NCBI GenBank assembly: GCA_963726455.1
Contig: CAVSCK010000003.1
Span: 64,001-128,000, forward strand
Source: an uncultured bacterium
Lineage (GTDB): Bacteria; Zixibacteria; MSB-5A5; CAIYYT01
DNA length: 64,000 bases
Direction of reading: 5' to 3'
The position numbers were made by a program, and so were the translations under genes. This document shows positions 1 through 9,477 of this stretch, piece by piece. Position 1 is the first letter of the stretch. Every line of letters starts with the position of its first letter. The notes beneath the pieces are model-generated. The model was not told the DNA's origin and made no database searches. It saw only the letters and a program-made list of their open reading frames with translations.

Positions 1-415
1 GTGAGGTGTCGTCAAAGTGGTGCAGTTGCATTTCGATTTCGACTAGCTTCTCGCGGCAGAGCGGCAGGAGCATTTCGATCTGGCTGTAGTGAAACTGCTC
101 AATGGGATAATGCATGGTGCGGCGCACGGAATTGCCGAAACTGTCATGGTGGCCGTTGATCACAGTTCGATAGCGCGTAATCCAATCGGCGAGAAAGCGG
201 GTGGAACTGCCCGGCTCGAAATGATCGGCGATCACGAGGACAATGTGCAAGGGACCGCTGCGCAGGTTTCGGTCGGGAGCGTGACGATAGTCACCCTTGA
301 TATATGACGGGATCCAGAGGGCGTAGTAGCCCTTGCGGTAGATATACGCGAGGCGAATGATCAGTGCGAGGATCAGTGCGGCGATGGCCAGTATGATTAC
401 CAGAACGACGGTCAC
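1..415 (-). CDS. N-terminal part of a membrane-anchored conserved protein of polysaccharide clusters (deacetylase-like fold suspected); runs off the window start
   Basis: Not in the ORF track; read by eye. GTG at 415 opens MTVVLVIILAIAALILALIIRLAY...HIVLVIADHFEPG...EIEMQLHHFDDTS with no stop to base 1. It has an N-terminal TM helix and DHFEP / xLHH motifs. Confidence 0.7.
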   Translation of the reverse strand, partial: MTVVLVIILAIAALILALIIRLAYIYRKGYYALWIPSYIKGDYRHAPDRNLRSGPLHIVLVIADHFEPGSSTRFLADWITRYRTVINGHHDSFGNSVRRTMHYPIEQFHYSQIEMLLPLCREKLVEIEMQLHHFDDTS

Positions 416-456
416 AGAGTCAGCGCTCCGTTCTTCATTAAGTGCATACTGCGGCA

Positions 457-485
457 ATTATATTGTCGTCCGATTTAATGTACAA
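457..485 (-). promoter_or_regulatory. sigma70-type promoter TTGTAC-N17-TATAAT
   Basis: Near-consensus hexamers with a 17-bp spacer, about 40 bp upstream of the GTG at 415. Confidence 0.6.
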
Positions 486-562
486 GGGTAATGTCGCTCG
501 ACGAGTTGGTGAGTTTTAGTTGATTCAGTCAGGGGAAAAAGATAGCGTGAAATTGTCGAAAG

Positions 563-933
563 CCCTCACCCTCAGTCCCTCTCCCGGGGGGAGAGGGAGG
601 AAACAGAGTCGTAGCGAGGATGGAAGCGGTTCGCGAAATGAAAGACCCTCACCCTCAGTACCTCTCCCAGAGGGAGAGGGAAGAAACAGAGTCGTAGCGA
701 GGATGGAAGCGGTTCGCGAAATGAACGACCCTCACCCTCAGTCCCTCTCCCACAGGGAGAGGGAAGAAACAGAGTCGCAGCGAGGATGGAAGCGGTACAC
801 GAAATGAATGACCCTCACCCTCAATCCCTCTCCCACAGGGAGAGGGAAGAAACAGAGTCGCAGCGAGGATGGAAGCGGTTCACGAAATGAATGACCCTCA
901 CCCTCAATCCCTCTCCCACAGGGAGAGGGAAGA
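563..933. repeat. Tandem array of about 4.5 x 83-bp units, each with CCCTCACCC-N5-CCCTCTCCC-N3-GGGAGAGGG (BoxC/PIT-like palindrome)
   Basis: Units start at 563, 646, 729, 812 and 895 (exact 83-bp period). The inter-palindrome segments are nearly identical. Confidence 0.95.
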
Positions 934-967
934 GAGCCCGGACCCCAGTCGGATAAGCGAATTCAGG

Positions 968-2541
968 ATGGGTGACAGGAGAAGCCGGAGACCAAGAGAC
1001 TATCATTTCTTAACCAGATTCTGATTTACGGACTCGGGATGGGGCTCAACTATGGAATAGGATATATCCTCCTCCCCGTCTACACGCGGCTTATGCCGGA
1101 GGCGGACTATGGGCGTCTGGAAGTGCTCGGCCGGACGATGGAGATTATCTCGCTGTTGTTCCTGACGCAATACGGAATCACCTACATTCGATTTTACAGG
1201 GACAAGACCGACGAAGAGCATCGGCGGCTGGTAACGTCGACGTGCATCTTCGTGGTAATTGCAGTCGCTGGCCTGATGGCGGCGGTAATCAGCGCGATGA
1301 GCGTGAATCTGTCGAAGGTGATGTTTGAGTCGCCCGTGTATTCGCACTATTTCGTGTTGTGTGCGGTGCGGTATCTGTTTCAGATGGCGTTCGTAGTACC
1401 GTTCCTGTATTTCCAGGCGACGGAGCAGCCGACCAAGTACATCATCATTTCCTCCGCCAGTTTCGCGACGACTTTGGGGCTGAATATTCTGCTGTTGTAC
1501 ACGATGAAGGATCCGGTCGCGGCAGTGCTCTGGGCGGGAGTGATCGGCAGCGGGCTGTTTGCGCTGGCGGTCGGAATACCCGTGTTCTGGCGGTCGGCAA
1601 GGAAACTGGATTTGGGAATCAGTTGGCAGATCGTAAAGTTCTCGTGGTCATTCACGTTTCTGGGATTCATGAGTTTCGTGATGAATAGCGGAGATCGGTT
1701 CGTGATCAATCGTTACTGCGGTGCAGCAGAAGTCGGGTTGTATTCGGCGGGATACAAAATCGCGCAGGTGCTGAATACATTCGTGTTCAGCCCGACGATC
1801 CGCGCCTGGACTGCGAAGATGGTGGATGTACTGCGCAAGCCGGAAGGCGTGAAGATGCTGGCGCGACTGACGACCTATGCGCTGTTGCAGTACACAACAT
1901 TGGGATTGATTGTGTCGGTTTACAGCCGGGAAATCGTGTCGGTGATGATGGATCCGCGCTACCTGGCTTGCTACACGATCATACCGATCATCATTCTGGC
2001 CTACGGCGCGGACGGCGTGCAGATGTTTATGGATAGCGCGTTTTACTATACGAAGAAGACGTATCTGAAGATGTGGCATGTTATCAGCACGACGGTCTGC
2101 CTGGTGTTGTATTTTCTTTTGATCCCGAAGTATTGCATGTCCGGGGCGGCCTGGGCAACGGCGGGCGCCTACGCCTGTTTTGTAATGGTGACGTGGTATC
2201 TGAGTAACCGGGCATTACCGGCGCCGTATGAGATCGGCAAGATGTTCAAGATCGTCGCGGCGGCAGTGGCCGTTTATCTCATCAACTATGGATTGGAAAG
2301 CTACGAGACGAATCACTATCTGTATATTCGAGTCGCTGGGGAACTGGCATATCCGTGGACATATTTGTTCATCGTGGCAGCGTTCAAGGCGCCGCTAATA
2401 TGGCTGTATGCGGTTCTGATACACGTAATGAGGATTCTGGAGCCGGACGACAAGGCGAAATTGCGGGAATTTGTCGATAGTTTGCGGAGTCGATTGCCAT
2501 GGGGCGCTGCTCCGCCAGTGGTGCCAAGGAGGATGGAGTAA
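968..2541 (+). CDS. wzx: Wzx-type oligosaccharide flippase / polysaccharide exporter
   Basis: ORF 1039..2541 has many TM segments and flippase motifs (LLPVYTR..EADYG; DRFVI..EVGLYSAGYKIA). The frame stays open upstream to 976 and joins ATG 968 with a single-base indel. Confidence 0.85.
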
Positions 2542-2551
2542 GCGAACGAAC

Positions 2552-2823
2552 ACACCCCTTTAGTTCCCCTCTCAAGAGGGGAATGAACACCTAAATGTTA
2601 AGAGTGCCGTGTTGTATGGCGCGCGACTTGACACACCCCTTGTGTTCCCCTCTCACGAGGCGGATGAGTTAACATAGGCATCAAACCCACCGCAAGCGGA
2701 TGGGGTACCCGTGAGGTTGAGAGTACTGCCGTGAGGAAAGGGTTTCGGACGACACGAAAAACCAAGGATGGACACGGACACAGGCGCACCCTCACCCCCG
2801 GCCCCTCTCCCAAAGGGAGAGGG
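2552..2823. repeat. Cluster of palindromic REP-like elements of three types
   Basis: ACACCCC-N7-CCCCTCT-CA-AGAGGGG at 2552-2581, with a degenerate copy at 2633-2663. CCCACCGC-AA-GCGGATGGG hairpin at about 2686-2704. CCCTCACCC-N5-CCCTCTCCC-AAA-GGGAGAGGG at 2789-2823. Confidence 0.8.
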
Positions 2824-2871
2824 GGAGAACTAGGAATATCAATCGAGAATCGAGCGCAGTTGCGAGTCGGA

Positions 2872-3992
2872 TCAGGATTGCGCAATGAGATCTGCGTAGT
2901 AGGATTCGTGGTTGCGGATCATGGTTTCAAGTGAGAAGTCGCGTTCGACGCGGGCGCGGCCGACAGCGCCGAGGCGGCGGGACAACTCGGGATTTCTTCA
3001 GCAAGTCGATGAGCTTGGCGGCGAGTGCGGATGGATCGGACGGTGGAATCAAATAGCCGGTGGCGTCGGTGACGGATTCGCGGTTGCCACCGACATTGGT
3101 GGCGATGACAGGGAGTCCAGCGCACATGTATTCGAGGATGGCGTTGGAAAAGCCCTCGGAGGTCGAGGTCAATACGCCGATTCCGGCAGTGGCCAGAAGT
3201 GCGTGAACGTCCTGTGTGCTGCCGACGAATTTAATGTGATCGGTTAAGGAAAGATCAGAGGTCAGTTTCAGAAGCGGGTCGCGCAACGGGCCATCGCCGA
3301 CGATGACAAATCTGGCATCGGGAATGTCCCGGACGACTATTGCGGCGGCGCGAATCAGGGTGTCAACGGATTTGACAGGACGGAGGTTTGCGACCATGAT
3401 GATCGTCTTGTTGCTATTCTCTTCAACCTCTCCCCTATCGTGATCGTGTAGACGGAATCGGAACTCCGTTGTAGATAACGTCAAAGCGCGCGCGATCAAC
3501 TCCCTCCAATTTTGAGACGACATCGGCGACGGCTTGCGAATTCGCCAGAAACCTGTCGGGATAGCGATTGGCAATTCTGAGCAGCAGTTTCTCTTTGAGG
3601 GAGTAACTGTATCCCAGATTGCGGCGCGAGGAAATGATCGCGTTCACTCCGGCCATGCGCGCGGCTTTGGCGGCAACAATATGGGCTTCGATAAAGAATG
3701 TCTGGACGATATCAATTTTGAGCTCCCTCATTCGCTGAGCAAGCAGGCGGCGCTGTTGGAACATCGCGGGAGTGTAAAGACGATAGAGGTTGAGACAGGT
3801 GGTGTCGCAGACGAATTTGCCGCGCTGGATATATTCGCAATCTTGCAGACTGACGAGAAAGGGTTCGAAGCGTGAGCGGTCGAGATGTTCGGCGATGGTC
3901 AACAGATTTCGCTCGGTGCCGGCGCGGCCGTGTCCGAGCGAGCCGATGACGAACATGATCTTGATTTTCGATTTGGCGGAGTTCAAGATCAT
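2872..3992 (-). CDS. GT4 glycosyltransferase (two apparent frameshifts)
   Basis: 3435..3992 gives the N-domain (GSLGHGRAGTER). 2927..3574 gives the C-domain (VANLRPVK, SEGFSNAILEYM, TNVGG). A third frame from about 2995 gives the typical end NPELSRRLGAVGRARVERDFSLETM...AQS* at 2872. Confidence 0.85.
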
Positions 3993-3998
3993 GCGCCC

Positions 3999-5006
3999 CT
4001 ATCGCTGTGAGCGCAGTGCGGCGACGATAAATCCCAATCCGTAGGCGACATGGACCGTCACGTAAATAAATGGCATGACTAACACCAGGGGTTTGCTATT
4101 CTTGCCAGCCAGAACAATCGAGGCGGCTGTTATCGCAATCAAGTAGATGGCGTAAGGTACGGAGACGATCATACCGGCTTTCCTGGACATCAGCCAAAGA
4201 AACGGAAGTGCACCCAACCCGAGAACGAAGAAGACTGGAATCAGTGTGCCGACACCGAGAGTTGACGGGTGCTTCCGGAAAAGCTTCCAACGGCCGTACC
4301 CGTAGCGATGGAGTTGTCGAAAGAGACCCGCAAGATTTTCTCGCGGAGCGCTCTTGATTGTCAGCCTGGGCGAAATCACCGATTTGAGCCCGGCTTTGTC
4401 GATTCGTGTATTAAATTCAACGTCTTCACAAGCATCAAAACTTTCGTCAAAGTCTCCGACCTTATCGAATACCCGCCGCCGGTATGCGGCCCCCGATGAG
4501 GAGGCTGGGACTACGCAATCACGGTCGAAATAGATGGTGGAGTCGAGCGCATGCCCCAAATTCGAGGAACGCACGAGCGAGACGGCTCGTTGAAAGTAAG
4601 TTTGTGGTTCGGCGGTCTGCGGCCCTGGACGACATAGGGCATCGGCGTTGTATCGTCGAAAGAGATCAACGGTATCCGCAATTAGCCGTCTTGAAGGGAT
4701 GCTACAGTGGCCATCTATGAAGAAAATGAACTCCCCACTTGATGCCCTCAATCCAATGTTACGTGCGGCAGAGGACAATAACCTCGGATTCTCCAAGATC
4801 ATGAGCCGCTCGAATTTGTTGCTAAACTCAGAAGCGATGGCCCTCGTGTCATCAGTAGATTGCCCATCTACCACGACGACCTCAAAATCCTCGCGCGGAA
4901 AGTCCTGATCGGCTAAATCCTGTAACACCTGACCGATGTATTTGCTCTCGTTCCGAACGGGAAGAACGATCGATATAACGGGTGCGGTCTTACCAGCAGA
5001 TTCCAT
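3999..5006 (-). CDS. GT2 glycosyltransferase (ExoA-like)
   Basis: ISIVLPVRNE, VVDGQSTD, FIDGH, FDESF..CEDVEFN motifs and C-terminal TM helices. Confidence 0.9.
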   Translation of the reverse strand: MESAGKTAPVISIVLPVRNESKYIGQVLQDLADQDFPREDFEVVVVDGQSTDDTRAIASEFSNKFERLMILENPRLLSSAARNIGLRASSGEFIFFIDGHCSIPSRRLIADTVDLFRRYNADALCRPGPQTAEPQTYFQRAVSLVRSSNLGHALDSTIYFDRDCVVPASSSGAAYRRRVFDKVGDFDESFDACEDVEFNTRIDKAGLKSVISPRLTIKSAPRENLAGLFRQLHRYGYGRWKLFRKHPSTLGVGTLIPVFFVLGLGALPFLWLMSRKAGMIVSVPYAIYLIAITAASIVLAGKNSKPLVLVMPFIYVTVHVAYGLGFIVAALRSQR

Positions 5007-6303
5007 GGTAATTGTCTCCTAATTGCGCCGGATGATCGCCGAAGCGCACGAAGTCGACGATTTCGCGATCCTTGACGCCCTTTAACGCGGAGAGATATTC
5101 CGGATCGTGATTGCCGATGATGATAACCTCGGAATTATAGACGACGTCCTCCACCGATGTGGCAAACAGCTTTTCGATGTGCGGAATCTCGCGCTCGATA
5201 TAGGCCTTGTTGGAGCCGAAGATGCGCGCGATGTTGACGTTGCGATCATAAATCAGGAGTTCGAAACCCTTGCCCAGCAGCCGTTCCGCCAGCATTACCA
5301 GCGGCGATTCGCGCAAGTCATCGGTGCCGCCCTTGAAAGCCAGGCCGAGGAAGCCGATTTTCTTGTGCTTAAACGATGTGACGATTTTGTAACCCTCTTC
5401 GAGTTGGCGCTCGTTGGAACCGGGTATGGCCGACAATAGCGGAGCATCGTAATCGACGCGTTTGGCCTGATACAGCAGACCGCGCACATCTTTCGGAAGG
5501 CACGAGCCACCATAGGCAAAACCGGGTTTGAGGTACATGCCGGAGAGGTTCTGTTTCGTATCGAGCATAAAGAGGCGCATAACTTCGTAGCCGTCGATGC
5601 CGAAACGCCGCGACAGAGTGCCGATTTCATTGCCGAAACAGACTTTCAGGGCGTGCCAGGTGTTGCAGACGTACTTGACCATCTCGGCGGTGCGAATCGT
5701 AGTGGTTTCAAACGGCGCCTGCAGAAATGAGAAGATGCGACGGACGACCTCGGCTGCACCCTCGGATTGGGTGCCGACGACAGTAAATGGCGGATTGTAG
5801 AAATCGTCAACCGAGGAACCTTCGCGCAGAAATTCGGGATTGAAGCAAACGTCAAAGTCGATGTAGACTTTCTTGACGGAGGATTCCTCCAGCATGGGAA
5901 TGACTTTTTCCTCAGTGGTACCTGGAGGAATTGTCGAACGGTATATCAGAGTGTGAAATCCGGACTTGTTCTTGAGTATCTGACCGATCTTCTCAGTGAC
6001 GCGCAGGACATAGGTCAGGTCGATGTCGCCGTTGTCGCGCGACGGCGTGCCGACACAAATGATGGAGGCCTCGGTTTCATTGATCGCGGCTTTGGCATCA
6101 AGGGTAGCGCGAAGGGCGCCACTGCCGACGGTATCGGCAATGATTTCGGCAATCTTCTCTTCGACGATAGGGCTCTTCCCGGCGCCGAGCTGCTCAATCT
6201 TCTCGCGATTGATGTCGACTCCGATGACTTGATGTCCCTGTTTTGCCAGGCAAGCGGCAGTCACCGCACCGACATAGCCAAGTCCGAATATAGAAATCTT
6301 CAT
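4990..6303 (-). CDS. GDP-mannose 6-dehydrogenase / UDP-glucose dehydrogenase family
   Basis: GLGYVG Rossmann motif, CVGTP, NPEFLREG, GFAYGGSCLPKD, GLAFKGGTDDLRESP; AlgD-like ending (YHGICW). Confidence 0.92.
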   Translation of the reverse strand: MKISIFGLGYVGAVTAACLAKQGHQVIGVDINREKIEQLGAGKSPIVEEKIAEIIADTVGSGALRATLDAKAAINETEASIICVGTPSRDNGDIDLTYVLRVTEKIGQILKNKSGFHTLIYRSTIPPGTTEEKVIPMLEESSVKKVYIDFDVCFNPEFLREGSSVDDFYNPPFTVVGTQSEGAAEVVRRIFSFLQAPFETTTIRTAEMVKYVCNTWHALKVCFGNEIGTLSRRFGIDGYEVMRLFMLDTKQNLSGMYLKPGFAYGGSCLPKDVRGLLYQAKRVDYDAPLLSAIPGSNERQLEEGYKIVTSFKHKKIGFLGLAFKGGTDDLRESPLVMLAERLLGKGFELLIYDRNVNIARIFGSNKAYIEREIPHIEKLFATSVEDVVYNSEVIIIGNHDPEYLSALKGVKDREIVDFVRFGDHPAQLGDNYHGICW

Positions 6304-6310
6304 CGTAACC

Positions 6311-7537
6311 TCAGTTTCTAACCTTCACGTCATTGCCTGCGCCGGCGACAGCCGACAGCGCCTGATACATTTTATCGGCAGCCTTGCTCCAACTATACTT
6401 TTCCGTCACCAGCCGGTATCCGGCTTCGGCAATGGTATTGCGTTTATAATCGTCGCGCAACAGTTCCTTTATTTTTTTTGCGAAATCGGCCTCGGTGTCG
6501 GCGAGAACAATATTGACGCCATCAGCGAGAGGCAGCCCTTCGGCGCCGATGGTCGTGGAGACGACGCATTTACGCATGGCCAGGGCTTCGTAGATCTTGA
6601 TGCGCGTGCCGCCACCGACGCGCAGAGGAACGATGTAAAGTTGCGCAGAGGCAACATCGGGTCGAACATCGGCGACGGTGCCGGTGATGGTAACGGATTT
6701 GTCAGAACGGCCGACCGCGACAATATCCTCGGCGGGGCGACGACCAACAACGGTGAAACTGATGTCGGGAATATCCTGCCGCAAGAGCGGGAGGATCGAA
6801 CGATAGAACCACCAGAAGCCGTCGATGTTTGGCATCCAGTCCATCGAACCGCTGAAAACCAATCGACCGCGGACTTCCCTGCCGAGTGGATGAAAATAGG
6901 ATGTATCGACGCCGGTGGGAATCGTGACGAATCGCTTCAGACCGAATTCTGAGCATAGAAGTTTGCCGTCGTTGTCGGAGACGGTCAGGACTTGCTGGAA
7001 GCGGGAGCAAGCGTCCTGTTCGAAGCGATGCATGCGTTCCTTTTCGCGAGCGAAGTAGAGCTGCTTCAGTGGATTCTTCTCGACCTCGTGATAGCGGCGC
7101 CAGATCAGGGTTTCGACGTTGTGTTCAAACAGGACGCGCGGAATATTGGCGCAATAATCGGCGCACCAGGCCATTTCGAGGAAGTCGCAGAGAACGACAT
7201 CAATTTGGGAATTGGCAATAATCTGTTTGATGCGGTCGATCATGGCAGTGGTCATGTACTTGTTGACGATGTAGGGCCGCGATGAAAACAGCTTCGAGAT
7301 CACGCGGAATTTGAAGCCAAGCCCGGATTTGTTTTCTTCGGGTAGCGGCACTGATTCGACTTTGATGCCGTAGCCACGCATTTCATTGATCCATTTGCCG
7401 TCCAGATCAGGCGGAATGTAGGACAGGAATGTGACCTCGCAACGTTTCGCCAGTTCCGAAAGCAGATGACGCGTGCGAATCTTGCCGCCGGTATCGGCCG
7501 GCAACGGGAAGTCGGATTTTATCCAAAGGACTCTCAT
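6311..7537 (-). CDS. GT4 glycosyltransferase (type found in PEP-CTERM/EpsH EPS loci)
   Basis: FPLPADTGGKIRT, EHNVE, GSMDWMPNIDG, PLRVGGGTRIKIYEALAM, STTIGAEG. Confidence 0.9.
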   Translation of the reverse strand: MRVLWIKSDFPLPADTGGKIRTRHLLSELAKRCEVTFLSYIPPDLDGKWINEMRGYGIKVESVPLPEENKSGLGFKFRVISKLFSSRPYIVNKYMTTAMIDRIKQIIANSQIDVVLCDFLEMAWCADYCANIPRVLFEHNVETLIWRRYHEVEKNPLKQLYFAREKERMHRFEQDACSRFQQVLTVSDNDGKLLCSEFGLKRFVTIPTGVDTSYFHPLGREVRGRLVFSGSMDWMPNIDGFWWFYRSILPLLRQDIPDISFTVVGRRPAEDIVAVGRSDKSVTITGTVADVRPDVASAQLYIVPLRVGGGTRIKIYEALAMRKCVVSTTIGAEGLPLADGVNIVLADTEADFAKKIKELLRDDYKRNTIAEAGYRLVTEKYSWSKAADKMYQALSAVAGAGNDVKVRN

Positions 7538-9463
7538 TGCGGCACCAGCTTGATGTTGTCGATCGGTTCGCGACGAATAAAGATACGGTGCCAGAGTTCG
7601 AGATTCAGGAGCGTCCAGATGCGGTCGGAATGATTGTATTTGCCGGCGCGGTGCAGATCGAAGTAATCTTCGATTTGTTTGCGATTCAGGATTTCGCCAC
7701 AGAAGGAATCTTTGCCGAGAACCAGGTTGCGGGCGAGATCGTGATATTCACCCGCGAACCAGCGACGGATCGGTACCGGAAAGCCCGCCTTGGGACGGGT
7801 CAGAATCTCGCGCGGGATATCGGCACCGAAGGCGAGACGAAGCGCGCGCTTGGTGTGGAAGCCCTTGATTTTGAGTTTGTCCGGCAGAGAGAAGGCGAAT
7901 TCTACCAGTTTATGATCGAGGAATGGCACGCGCGATTCGATAGAGGCCGCCATTGACATCTGATCCTGCTTCATGAGCAACTCGACGAGATACGTTTTCA
8001 CGTCGGCGTAAAGAAGTTTCCCCAACAACGAATCGGATTGCGAACGATTGAAGTGATCCATGAAACCGGAATAGACGCGGCACGGATCGTAACCGTTCCA
8101 ACAAGAGCCGGTAAGTAAATCGCCCAGCATGGCGCGTGAGAACGTTGAATAATTATCGAGGAAGATTGTTTCGATGGCGTTGTCAAGATAGACGGTCGTG
8201 CGGACGGCCTTGTTGCGGTATGGAAATTTGTACGGCAAGGCATCGATCAATGGCCGGAACACGTTTCGCCGCAGAGCGCGCGGCAGAATGCCGAACAAGA
8301 TGCGGTCGGCTTTGAGGTTGTACAGCGTTTGATAGTAGCGTTCGTAGCCGCCGAAAAGCTCGTCGGAACCCTCGCCGGTGAGGACAACTTTGACATGTTG
8401 CGATGCCAGATGCGATACATAATAGAGCGCCACTGACGACGGATGCGCGATCGGTTCGTCCTCGTGATAGATCATGCGTGGCAACGATGAGAAGAAATCC
8501 TCGGTGGACATGGTGATTTCGTGCTGGTCGGCGCCGGAATGTTTGGCAGCAAGACGGGCGTAATACAATTCGTTGGCCTCACGCTCGGAAAAGGCAACGG
8601 AGAAGGTGGCGATGGCGCGGTCAACCATTTTGGACATGCGCTCGGCGATGATCGTGGAGTCGACGCCACCGGACAAGAACATGCCCAGAGGCACGTCAGC
8701 CATAAGCCGGAGATTGACGGACTCATCGAGCAGTTCGCGCAGTCGGGTGACGGCATCGGATTCGGAAATCTGTGAATCGGTCGTGATGGTGTTGCAATCC
8801 CAGTAGCGGGTTACGCTGAGGACGCCGTGCTCCAGTTCAAGATAGTGGCCGGGTTCGAGTTTTTGAATGCCCACGAACATGGTCGAGTCGTCGTTGGTGT
8901 ATTTGAGCGCGAGAATCTGGAGCAGCGCGTGATAGTTGACCTCGCGCGAAATCTGCTCGAGTTGCAGCAGGGATTTGATTTCGGAAGCGAAGGCAAAGAA
9001 CTCGGGCGTGTCGATATAATAGAGCGGTTTGATGCCGAGACGGTCGCGGGCGATGAATAAGCTATCGGCACTTCTCATTGTACAGGGCGAAGGCGAACAT
9101 GCCGCGCAGGCGATGCAAACCGGCCGCACCGTACTGCTCGATGCAATGGATGATTGATTCGGTATCGGAATTGGTTCTGTAACGATGGCCCTTCGCCACG
9201 AGGTCGCGCCTGAGGTCTTGATGATTGTAGATCTCGCCGTTGTATGAGATCCACAGCGTGTCATCTTCGTTGGCGATCGGCTGATGTCCCCTGCTGAGAT
9301 CGACAATCGAGAGGCGGCGGTGACCCAGGCCGACGTTGCCGTGAAGATAGTAACCGGAATCGTCGGGGCCGCGATGCGTGAGCGTATCGGTCATCTTGAC
9401 CAGCAGGCCGCGATCGACAACGCGATTTTTGTCTTTATAAACTATTCCGCAAATACCGCACAT
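7534..9463 (-). CDS. asnB: Asparagine synthase (glutamine-hydrolysing)-type amidotransferase, frameshift near 9065
   Basis: 9062..9463 has MCGICG, HRGPD, LGHRRLSIVD, NGEIYN. 7534..9306 has ARDRLGIKP, FLSGGVDS, LTGEGSDE, ESRVPFLD. Confidence 0.92.
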
Positions 9464-9477
9464 GGTTTCGATAGTCC

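Noticed and set aside
563-933. CRISPR array (35-bp palindromic repeat plus 48-bp spacer)
   Set aside because: The spacers are near-identical copies rather than unique sequences, and there are no cas genes in the window.
520-1006. ORFs 520..807 and 821..1006, and similarly 2598..2934
   Set aside because: They are translations of the palindromic repeats (PSPxPLPxGEG pattern), not credible proteins.
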